From Bacteroidota bacterium (GTDB lineage Bacteria > Bacteroidota > Bacteroidia > AKYH767-A > 2013-40CM-41-45), in assembly GCA_031361545.1 (NCBI GenBank), contig JANLRG010000551.1, positions 1 through 50,170 of the forward strand: DNA of 50,170 nt, given 5' to 3'. Positions 35,421 through 43,951 of the stretch are shown in pieces; the stretch's first letter is position 1; every line of letters begins with the position of its first letter. The position numbers and the translations under genes are program-made. Below the pieces are notes generated by a model. That model was not told where the DNA came from, did no database searches, and was given only the letters and a program-made list of their open reading frames with translations.

Positions 35421-38027
35421 ATGCGGAATGTCTTCTTACTGTTTTTTTGTTTGGTGGTTGCAGTCGCCCATGCTCAAACGACAGACAATTTTTCTGATGG
35501 CAATTTTACTTTAAATCCGAGTTGGATCGGCGACACCGCTGATTTTATCGTCAATTCGTCGGCGGAGCTTCAGTTGAATGCTGCTATTGCAGGAGAGTCG
35601 TTTCTTTCCGTTCCAATTTCAATTTCATTGAGCGATTCCATTGAATGGCGGTTTCGTGTCAACCAAGATTTTGCTCCCTCTTCTTCCAATTATTCTCGGA
35701 TATTTCTGATGGCTGATCAATCTGATCCGACGCTTTCTTTGAACGGGTATTTTCTTCAATTTGGAGAAGCTCTGTCTAATGACGCCGTCCAGCTTTATCG
35801 TCAGTCAGGGACAGTGATCACTTCCGTTTGTCGCGGTCCGGATGCTCAGATTGCTGCTGCTTTTGACTTGCACTTGCGCGTGACGAGATTCTCAAGTGGT
35901 GAATGGAAAATTTATTCGAAAGCAGTTGGGGGAGGGGAGCAACTTCTTTGTTCGGGGATTGACTCAGGAAGTTTGCCAGGGCAGTTTCTAACACTGGACT
36001 GCAATTTTACATCAGGAAATATCAACCATTTTTATTATGATGATTTTTATGTGGGACCAATTGTTCCGGATCTCATCAAGCCTTTCATCACCACTTTCAA
36101 TGTCATTTCTGATAGCTCGCTTTCCATTTCTTTTTCTGAAAATTTGAAAGTCAATGATGTTTTATCACTCGTAAATTACTCAATTGCCGGAGTTGGATAT
36201 CCTTCTTCAATAGCGATTGATTCCATAAATGACTATTCAATCCAACTTTTCTACAATCAACATTTCATTTCTGGTTATCATTATTCGCTCACAGTTTCTG
36301 GAATTAATGATCTTTCTGGAAATCAATTAAACGATACTTTGCTTTCATTCAATTATTATCCGGTCTCTTTAGGCAAGACCGATGATGTAATCTTCAATGA
36401 AATCTATTTCGAACCTTCTTCGCTCAGTCCCTTACCGAATGCTGAATTTATTGAACTTTACAATCGTTCTGATTCTGCTATTCAATTGTCTAATTGGAAA
36501 TTCTCAGATGGTTCTTCCACAGCTATTTTCTCTGATCATTTGTTTTTGCCAAAGACTTATTTGCTTTTGTTTGATCAGAATAATCTGTCATCGTTTTCTT
36601 CCATGCTGAACAAATTAGCAGTTGTTAATTTTCCCGGACTGAATAATGATACAGGCGATTCACTGTCGTTGAAAAATGCCGGCGATCAGATTATTTCAAC
36701 AACTATTTTTAATGATAACAACTACCATGATAGTCACAAGAAATCGGGTGGCTGGACGATAGAAAGAGTGGATCAGAATTTCACTTGCGACCAGATTGAC
36801 AATTGGAAGGCCAGCGTATCAACGACTCATGGAACGCCAGGTTTTGCGAATAGTGTTAGCGGAAGTTACGTCGATACCTTGCCACCAATTGTTGAAATGG
36901 TCTTTGAAGAAGACTCCATTCATTTGTTATTGAATTTTAGTGAAGAATTATTTTCTACAATCAGTTCACAAAATTTTGCTGTTATAGACAGTCAAAATGT
37001 AATTAATGATTGTATAAATGTTGAGCTCCTTTCAACGAATGGAGTTAGACTTACCTACTTGAATCCATTTTCTTCCGGAATAAATCGACTCCTTATTAGA
37101 GATTCTTTATACGACTGCTCCGGAAATTTAGTAGATACACGCTTGATGATTCCTTTTGGAAAATCAGAACCAGCAAAACCTGGCGATGTGGTGATCAATG
37201 AACTTCTTTTTGATCCTCTTGACGGTGGCGATGATTTTGTAGAGTTTTATAATTGCTCGAACAAAATAATTGATTTGTCACATTGGATCATTTCTGAAAA
37301 CGATTTCAATGATGCCACGATTGTCAAAGACGAGTCCATCATTACTGCAAGTCATCGTTTACTTTTTCCTGCTGATTTTTTGGTGTTGAATCGAAATCCA
37401 GAGAATTTGTTCCAACTCTTTTATTGTCCGTTTCGTGAAAAATTGGTGCCGCTTTCATCGCTCCCAGATTACAATGCTGATAATGGAAAGGTCATTCTTT
37501 ATGATGAAAACGGAACGATGATTGACGGGATGAATTATGCTGACACAATGCAATTCTATCTGTTGAATAGTCCGAAAGGCGTTTCATTGGAACGACTCAA
37601 TGGTTATCATGGTGAAAAGGAAAATGTGCAATGGCATTCTGCGGCTTCATCTGTTGGCTTTGCAACTCCGGGCTATCGAAATTCTCAATGGTATGGAGAG
37701 ACCAAGACCAATGGTCGAGTGGAAGTGGTCAATGAAGTTTTTTCACCCGATAACGACGGCTTCAACGACATGCTTGCAGTTCATTATCATTTCGATGATC
37801 CGGGAACTACAATGAGTTTACGGATTTATACGAAAGAAGGAATTCCAGTAAGAGATGTAATGATCAATGAAAGTTTGGCCACTGAAGGAGATGTTTTTTG
37901 GGATGGATTTTCAAATGAAGGTCGGCTCGCCTTACCCGGTCGATATCTGGTTTGGGCAAAAACATTTGCTGAAAACGGTACGTCATCCACCTTTAGAACA
38001 TCTTGCGTAGTGGCTCCGACCAATTGA
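35421..38027 (+). CDS. Large secreted protein with two lamin-tail-like domains and a T9SS type-B (gliding-associated) C-terminal sorting domain
   Basis: Signal peptide. LTD-like segments FNEIYFEP..AEFIELYNRSDSAIQLSNW and INELLFDP..DFVEFYNCSNKIIDLSHW. C-terminal FSPDNDGFNDML motif. Confidence 0.75.
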   Translation: MRNVFLLFFCLVVAVAHAQTTDNFSDGNFTLNPSWIGDTADFIVNSSAELQLNAAIAGESFLSVPISISLSDSIEWRFRVNQDFAPSSSNYSRIFLMADQSDPTLSLNGYFLQFGEALSNDAVQLYRQSGTVITSVCRGPDAQIAAAFDLHLRVTRFSSGEWKIYSKAVGGGEQLLCSGIDSGSLPGQFLTLDCNFTSGNINHFYYDDFYVGPIVPDLIKPFITTFNVISDSSLSISFSENLKVNDVLSLVNYSIAGVGYPSSIAIDSINDYSIQLFYNQHFISGYHYSLTVSGINDLSGNQLNDTLLSFNYYPVSLGKTDDVIFNEIYFEPSSLSPLPNAEFIELYNRSDSAIQLSNWKFSDGSSTAIFSDHLFLPKTYLLLFDQNNLSSFSSMLNKLAVVNFPGLNNDTGDSLSLKNAGDQIISTTIFNDNNYHDSHKKSGGWTIERVDQNFTCDQIDNWKASVSTTHGTPGFANSVSGSYVDTLPPIVEMVFEEDSIHLLLNFSEELFSTISSQNFAVIDSQNVINDCINVELLSTNGVRLTYLNPFSSGINRLLIRDSLYDCSGNLVDTRLMIPFGKSEPAKPGDVVINELLFDPLDGGDDFVEFYNCSNKIIDLSHWIISENDFNDATIVKDESIITASHRLLFPADFLVLNRNPENLFQLFYCPFREKLVPLSSLPDYNADNGKVILYDENGTMIDGMNYADTMQFYLLNSPKGVSLERLNGYHGEKENVQWHSAASSVGFATPGYRNSQWYGETKTNGRVEVVNEVFSPDNDGFNDMLAVHYHFDDPGTTMSLRIYTKEGIPVRDVMINESLATEGDVFWDGFSNEGRLALPGRYLVWAKTFAENGTSSTFRTSCVVAPTN

Positions 38028-38102
38028 GACTTACAATCATTTTATTAAATTATTCTTTGGATTCGAATAGTCAGATTTGTACTGACTAAAATGATACAAT
38101 AA

Positions 38103-38309
38103 GCATTTTATAAAAACAATCAGCTTAAATTTTCAAATCTTTATGATCGCTATGATTTACATTTAGACGATGCCAATGGAAAAGAAGTTTTCACTAAAAA
38201 ATTTCCGCTTCAGAACCCGAATTTTTCTTCAGGTAGAATCAGGAATTTATTTTATTCATTGCAAAAATATGAAGTGAGAGTTTATGATGGAAAAGTAGCG
38301 ATGCCTTGA
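38103..38309 (+). pseudogene. Orphan relic resembling a T9SS type-A C-terminal sorting domain (frameshifted, no protein body)
   Basis: Open frame with no start: ..LHLDDANGKEVFTKKFPLQNPNFSS... The +1 frame reads ESGIYFIHCKNMK, matching the CTD pattern (iyD..Gk.v......GiYf). A terminator follows. Confidence 0.35.
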
Positions 38310-38368
38310 TAAGTTAAGTGATATTTGGAATAGGAGATTTAGTAGCTTTTTCAATCATTCAGGAAACT

Positions 38369-38400
38369 GGCGATTATAAGAATCGCCTTCTTGTAAATTT
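38369..38400 (+). terminator. Hairpin terminator after the CTD relic
   Basis: ggcgatt-ataag-aatcgcc, followed by a T-rich stretch. Confidence 0.5.
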
Positions 38401-38493
38401 TATATGGATAATAAAACTTCCATTGTGACATCAGTCAGTTAAAATAGGTAAATCCATGAAATAAAAGACCTATATTTACCTTCTTAGCAAACA

Positions 38494-38889
38494 ATGTTCA
38501 GACAAATAACAGCTTTACTCATTCTATCCTATTTTGCTTTCGGAACTTTTTGTTTACCGCAAGGCAACTTTTCTACTGTCATTGAATTACCTGCTATGTA
38601 TCAACATTGCAAAGCGACAGAAGATAAAGACATGACTCCGCTTGACTTCATCACAGACCATCTAATAAATATTGATTGTTTATTTGACAACCATACAAAT
38701 GGTGATCAACAGAAACCGCATTCACCGTATTCTTTTCATCAAGTTACACAACAAATATTTTTTACCTATTTTCAAATTAAGTTATCATTCAATAACTACA
38801 CAGAACTTTTCAGTACAAAACTTTTTAGTTTTGACAGATTTCTTCCAACGGAATATATTTCCAAAATTTTCAGACCTCCGATAATTTAA
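38494..38889 (+). CDS. Small exported His/Cys-containing protein of unknown function
   Basis: N-terminal hydrophobic signal. MYQHCK, DHL and KPHSPYSFHQ segments, ending ..IFRPPII. No domain recognised with certainty. Confidence 0.5.
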   Translation: MFRQITALLILSYFAFGTFCLPQGNFSTVIELPAMYQHCKATEDKDMTPLDFITDHLINIDCLFDNHTNGDQQKPHSPYSFHQVTQQIFFTYFQIKLSFNNYTELFSTKLFSFDRFLPTEYISKIFRPPII

Positions 38890-38963
38890 TTGCCCCACTG
38901 TCGGAATCAAGTATTATTAAACTTGATTAATTTATCATTTCACATAATTATATAAATCTATCT

Positions 38964-39785
38964 GTGATTAAATTTAAATCAGCATTCATGCTGTTGCTAC
39001 TGCTTTGTATGAATGTGCTAACAATAAAAGCGCAAGTTTTGGAAACGGAAGAATCCAAACCATTACTTCCACAGCAATTGGAAATTGGAACGGGACTGGA
39101 GTTTCAAACTTCAAAAGAGGGAATTGAAACTGCGTTGCCTTTGGCAATTGAATACGGGCTATCCAAGAAATTTACACTCTTAGTTGAACCAGTAGGTTTT
39201 ACAAATATACGTCCGAAAATGGGGCCACATGCAAAAGGAATTGGCGACTTAGAAGTTACTTTGTTCTATCAAATAGTTTCAGAGAAAAAAGTTTTGCCTT
39301 CCATTTCCATTTCTGGAGAAGTAAAAATTCCGACAGCAAAAAACACTTTGATTGGCACTGGTAAAACAGATTACACTCCATTTCTTATTATGAGCAAGAC
39401 AACGGGGAAATTTTTTACAAGTGTAAATCTTAGTTATACATTCCTCGGTAAACCAAAGGGAGTTGTCGCAAACAATTTATTCAATTACGCCATCGGGACA
39501 ATTTTCACTGCATCGGCAAAGAGTATTTTGTTTGCCGAAGCGTATGGAAATACTTCCGCTGTTGGTCTTTCAGAAACACCTGAAGCGACAGTGGTGGGAA
39601 ATACAAATGTCAATACCCAAGAAATTTCTGGTGGAGAAACGGTGGGTGCTTTTGGTTTTGGATATTACCTCAAAAAAGAATTGCTCATTTCACTTGGCGT
39701 GAGTTACGACAACAACAATGCAATTCTTTTTCGTCCTGGAATTGAATGGAAATTCGGAGGAGAAAATAAATCAGTTAACAATTAA
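38964..39785 (+). CDS. Outer-membrane beta-barrel channel, MetA-pathway/transporter-like family
   Basis: Signal peptide ending KAQ. GIGDLEVTLFYQ segment. Alternating strands. Track start is GTG at 38964; an ATG at 38988 is also possible. Confidence 0.5.
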   Translation: MIKFKSAFMLLLLLCMNVLTIKAQVLETEESKPLLPQQLEIGTGLEFQTSKEGIETALPLAIEYGLSKKFTLLVEPVGFTNIRPKMGPHAKGIGDLEVTLFYQIVSEKKVLPSISISGEVKIPTAKNTLIGTGKTDYTPFLIMSKTTGKFFTSVNLSYTFLGKPKGVVANNLFNYAIGTIFTASAKSILFAEAYGNTSAVGLSETPEATVVGNTNVNTQEISGGETVGAFGFGYYLKKELLISLGVSYDNNNAILFRPGIEWKFGGENKSVNN

Positions 39786-39796
39786 AAAAATAACAA

Positions 39797-40264
39797 ATGA
39801 AAAAAACACTATTAGCGCTACTTTCCGTAGCCATTGTAAGCAACTCAGTAAGCGCTCAAAAAATAGCAGCTGAAAAAGTTCCTGTTGCAGTTACAACTGC
39901 ATTCAAAACTAAATTTCCAACCGTACTTAAAACAAGTTGGGAAATGGAAAACAAAACCGAGTTTGAAGCAAACTTCCATATAAATGGTGTCGAAACTTCA
40001 GCCAACTTTGACAATACAGGAAAGTGGTTAGAAACTGAAACAGAGTTAAAAATTGCTGCTTTACCAAATGCAATTCAGTCAACAATTAAGAAAGATTATG
40101 CAGGCTTCAAAATAAACGAAGCAAGTAAAATTGAGAATATAAAAAACGGAAAGTGTTTCGAAGCAGAAATTGAAAAAGGCGAAGAAACATTTGATGTTTT
40201 GTTTACAGCAGACGGAAAAGTTTTAAGCAAAACTAAGTTGGAAGAGAGGGAGAAGAAAGATTAA
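39797..40264 (+). CDS. PepSY-like (DUF2874-type) periplasmic protein
   Basis: Signal peptide. Duplicated VP.AV...F...FP / LP.AIQ..IKKDY repeat pattern. 155 aa. Confidence 0.6.
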   Translation: MKKTLLALLSVAIVSNSVSAQKIAAEKVPVAVTTAFKTKFPTVLKTSWEMENKTEFEANFHINGVETSANFDNTGKWLETETELKIAALPNAIQSTIKKDYAGFKINEASKIENIKNGKCFEAEIEKGEETFDVLFTADGKVLSKTKLEEREKKD

Positions 40265-40273
40265 TCAATTTTT

Positions 40274-40310
40274 AATTAGAGCAACAGGTTTCTGTTGCTC
40301 TAATTAATTT
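40274..40310 (+). terminator. Strong rho-independent terminator
   Basis: Perfect 14-bp stem aattagagcaacag / ctgttgctctaatt with loop gttt, then aatttt. Confidence 0.75.
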
Positions 40311-40643
40311 TAGAGTTTGGATGATATCAAATCTATTATTGTTTTGCAGTTACAAATCTTATTGAAAAATTATAAATGTAGAAATCGGAATATATTCTGA
40401 CTGGACTAAAAATAGTGGCCATAAATCTTTCAGCGTGACTTTTGATATTTATTAAAAGAGCAGCAACGACTGCCATCTTTCCAGTTTCCATTGCGTTCAT
40501 TTTTTTACATTTTTATCTTCATTTGAAATACAAATTCGGATGAATAATTTTCAATAATATGCATTTCGAACTTCTAATGGAATCACTTTCGGCAAAAGAT
40601 GGTTAAATCAACTTCTTCCTTCACTTCAACAAAAAAATAAACT

Positions 40644-41978
40644 ATGAAAATAAGATTTGCACAACAAAATATTTTCAAGAGAAGACTAATTATTTTATTG
40701 ACATGTTTGCCTTTTTTCTCCATCGCACAAGCACCGAATCCTGCATTGATTGGATACTTTCACAATTGGCAAGATGTCAATTCGCCGTACATTCAACTTG
40801 ACCAAGTTGATCAGCGCTACAATATGATTGATGTTGCTTTTGCTGTTCCTCAAGCAGGAACTGATTATAAAATGGAATTTATTCCCGACCAAGTTTCACA
40901 GTCAACTTTTATTTCACAAATACAAACCTTGCAAGCTCAAGGAAGAAAAGTAATTATCAGTATGGGTGGCGCCACTTCTCCAATTACTTTAGACAACATT
41001 GCTGAGAGAGACACTTTCGTTTCTACTATGACGAATATAATCATTACTTATGGTTTTGATGGAATGGATATTGACTTTGAAGGCAGTTCACTTACTGTAA
41101 GCGGAGGAACAATTTCTGCTCCTACTGACCAACCGATTATTAATCTCATCGATGCTGTCAAACAAATAATGGCAAATTATTTCACCTTGAATAATCATCG
41201 TTTGATTTTGACTATGGCTCCCGAAACGGCTTTTGTGCAAGGTGGACAATCAGCCTATGGAGGAATTTGGGGTGCCTACTTACCCGTAATTGATGCACTA
41301 AGAGATTCACTTGAAGTTTTACATGTTCAACTTTATAATAGCGGGTCAATGTTTGGAATTGATGGAAATGTTTATACTCAAGGAACAGCAGATTTTATTG
41401 TTGCAATGTGTGAAGCTGTAATCCATGGTTTTAATACATCTGGCGGAATGTTTGTTGGATTGCCTGCGAACAAAATTGCAGTCGGACTACCCGCTTGTTC
41501 AATGGCCGCAGGCGGTGGATTTAATGATACAGCAACAGTAAAAGCAGCAATTGATTATTTACGCGGCAACGGAACTCAACCCGGATCTTATACTTTAGTC
41601 AATGCTAGTGGCTATCCTACATTTCGAGGAATGATGACATGGAGTATTAATTGGGATGCAGTCGCAACTTGTGGAAGTGAATATGAGTATGCACAAAACT
41701 ATCAAAACATTTTTGGTACTGCCACATCAATTGTAACTGATGATAATTCTAAAAAATTATTTTCTGTTTTTCCTAATCCAACAAGTGACTTTTTACATGT
41801 TTATTTTTCAAATCATTTATGCTCACCAACAAATATTCGTATTTACAATACACTTGGAGAAATTGTTTTTTCAAAGGCAGTTAACATAGAAAACGAAACG
41901 ATAAATATTTCTAACTTTTCAAACGGTATTTATTGTGTATTTCTTGACAGTTATAGGCAACAAATGATAAAACAGTAA
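40644..41978 (+). CDS. GH18 chitinase with T9SS type-A C-terminal sorting domain
   Basis: Catalytic DxxDxDxE motif FDGMDIDFE. Signal peptide. C-terminal FSVFPNPTSDFLHVYF...NGIYCVFL. Confidence 0.85.
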   Translation: MKIRFAQQNIFKRRLIILLTCLPFFSIAQAPNPALIGYFHNWQDVNSPYIQLDQVDQRYNMIDVAFAVPQAGTDYKMEFIPDQVSQSTFISQIQTLQAQGRKVIISMGGATSPITLDNIAERDTFVSTMTNIIITYGFDGMDIDFEGSSLTVSGGTISAPTDQPIINLIDAVKQIMANYFTLNNHRLILTMAPETAFVQGGQSAYGGIWGAYLPVIDALRDSLEVLHVQLYNSGSMFGIDGNVYTQGTADFIVAMCEAVIHGFNTSGGMFVGLPANKIAVGLPACSMAAGGGFNDTATVKAAIDYLRGNGTQPGSYTLVNASGYPTFRGMMTWSINWDAVATCGSEYEYAQNYQNIFGTATSIVTDDNSKKLFSVFPNPTSDFLHVYFSNHLCSPTNIRIYNTLGEIVFSKAVNIENETINISNFSNGIYCVFLDSYRQQMIKQ

Positions 41979-42448
41979 TAGGTCTAAGCTAACCACATTA
42001 AATATAACAAAAGTAAAATAAAAAAACGAAAAAATTTGACAACAAAAATTAATTTTTTTATTAGACAGTATTGATAGTTTGTGCTATGACTGCTCAAGGA
42101 CAATTCAATTTACAATGGGAAAAAAATTTATGGCGGACAAACTAATGGACTCTGGAGATCAGCCGAAGATTTTAAAAAAAAAGCATCAATTAATTTTTTT
42201 CAAATGGTTTAAAATTTTTTTCTATATTTGAAATGGGTGAAAGGTAATTTGCACTTGTATGTTATCAACACCGATGGCGAAAAGCCTAATTTTTATATTC
42301 TGGAATTTAATAAGAATTACTTTTGAAAGAATTCAAAGTAACATACAGTATTTATAGACTTAAAATTTTGAAACGGGGCCGCTGAAAACCGAATAGAGTA
42401 AGCATAAAAAAGTGCGGAGTCAGCACTATAAACACTGACAACTTTAAA

Positions 42449-42937
42449 ATGAAAAAAATGACTCTTGGATTTGTAATGCTTATGGGTATAATTGCTTTGC
42501 CCTCGATTTCTTTTTCACAGGCAACCACCAATCAGCAAGTTGCTGACCAAATTATGGGGATGGTAAAAGCACAATGGGCAGCAGAAATTGCCGACCCTGC
42601 AAATACGTCTTCTATTTTTAAAGACTTTGCAGACGATTACACTGAGTTTAATGGTGATTTTTCTACTCGTGTTGAAGGAAAATCTACCAACATGAAACTA
42701 TCTGAACCTGCTGGAAAAGATCCGAACCGCACTATGGCGTCTGAAATGCTGAACCCTAAAGTTCAAGTGTATGGTGATGCTGCAATTCTTACTTATAACT
42801 ATGCAGGGGTTTCAAAAAACAAGGACAATGAAATGAAGCCGGTAAGAGCAAAATCTACTCGCGTTTATGTAAAGCAAGGTGGGAGTTGGAAATTAGTACA
42901 TGCTAATTTTGCACCGGATCCATTGCCGAAATATTAA
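42449..42937 (+). CDS. Secreted NTF2-fold (SnoaL/DUF4440-like) protein
   Basis: Signal peptide. Size and C-terminal pattern RVYVKQGGSWKLVHANF typical of DUF4440. Confidence 0.55.
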   Translation: MKKMTLGFVMLMGIIALPSISFSQATTNQQVADQIMGMVKAQWAAEIADPANTSSIFKDFADDYTEFNGDFSTRVEGKSTNMKLSEPAGKDPNRTMASEMLNPKVQVYGDAAILTYNYAGVSKNKDNEMKPVRAKSTRVYVKQGGSWKLVHANFAPDPLPKY

Positions 42938-42942
42938 AAAGT

Positions 42943-43006
42943 AAATTTCCAATTCGTTCCTAAGAGTGGTTAACATTTTTAAGAACGAATTGGAAATTTC
43001 TTTTTG
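42943..43006 (+). terminator. Long hairpin terminator
   Basis: 17-bp stem aaatttccaattcgttc / gaacgaattggaaattt with a ~21-nt loop, followed by cttttt. Confidence 0.65.
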
Positions 43007-43148
43007 CAAATGATATTGTATAATTTTTCAAACATGAATACTAATGAATGACTTCTTGAAAGGATAATTTTAGGGCATGGGGATAATAAAAAATTGCAAT
43101 GTAGGCCAGCGACAAAAAATAATAAAATAGTAAAGCGAATAATAATTA

Positions 43149-43565
43149 TTACTTAATTTCTGCAATCACTTTCAACTCTATTCCAATAGGTGTCGGCAAA
43201 CAATTAATTTCGATTGTGGTTCGGCATGGAGGATTGACAGTAAAATATTCGGCCCACAATTTATTATAGATCGGAAAATCATCTTTCATATTGGTTAAGT
43301 AAACTGTTACATCAATAATTTCTTCCCACGAACTTCCGGCGTCTTCCAAAATGTTTTTCACATTTTTAAAAACAGAATGACATTGTGCTGCTATGTCGTA
43401 AGAAATAATTTTTCCGTCCGCGCCTAATTCTATACCGGGTATTATTTTTGTCCCGCGTTCTCGCGGACCAACACCCGATAAAAATAAAAGATTTCCTATT
43501 CGACGAGCATGAGGATAATTCCCTACAGGTTCTGGTGCTTTGGAAGAATTGATTGGATCTGACAT
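43149..43565 (-). CDS. RidA/YjgF/UK114 family protein
   Basis: ARRIGNLLFLSGVGP, VTVYLTNMKDF and PCRTTIEI segments. ATG at 43565 preferred over the 24-codon upstream extension. Confidence 0.8.
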   Translation of the reverse strand: MSDPINSSKAPEPVGNYPHARRIGNLLFLSGVGPRERGTKIIPGIELGADGKIISYDIAAQCHSVFKNVKNILEDAGSSWEEIIDVTVYLTNMKDDFPIYNKLWAEYFTVNPPCRTTIEINCLPTPIGIELKVIAEIK

Positions 43566-43725
43566 AATTAATTGATGTTGCGAATGAGGACTAATTAATG
43601 TTACTGAAAAACACAATACAGCTTTATAATTATTCAAACTTTCAGCTGCTTTCTTTGATTTTACAAAGTAACTGTTTTTTCAGAAATGGGAATTATTCTT
43701 CACTCTAATTATTTTCTGCATATCT

Positions 43726-43809
43726 TCTGCGGCAGTCCACTGGAAATTTCACCCGCAGATTTTCGCAGATTCATTCGGGTTATTTTCTTGGCCCTTTAGG
43801 TGGGAAGAA
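43726..43809. repeat. Dispersed GC-rich intergenic repeat, copy B (rearranged/inverted relative to copy A)
   Basis: Shares tctgcggcagtcc with 26262-26274. cgcagattcattcgggttattt is the reverse complement of the copy A module. Internal CTGCGG...CCGCAG hairpin. Confidence 0.6.
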
Positions 43810-43922
43810 CAAAAACAGATTAAATATAATTTGAAATCGTCATAATCATTGATCATCGATCAAGACAAATTCTCCCACTCTTAATCTCTCTCTTCTCCCC
43901 ACTATATATCCACTTTTTTTGC

Positions 43923-43930
43923 TATTTTTG
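43923..43930 (+). promoter_or_regulatory. -7 box (TATTTTTG) for ileS
   Basis: TAnnTTTG match, 21 nt upstream of the ATG at 43952. Confidence 0.45.
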
Positions 43931-43951
43931 CCTGCCATTTTTAATTGCATT

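Noticed and set aside
40336-40500. 54-aa minus-strand ORF (MNAMETGKMAVVAALLINIKSH...) in the gap upstream of the chitinase
   Set aside because: No recognisable motif, promoter box or partner gene. It may be a gene fragment, but I cannot support it as a feature.
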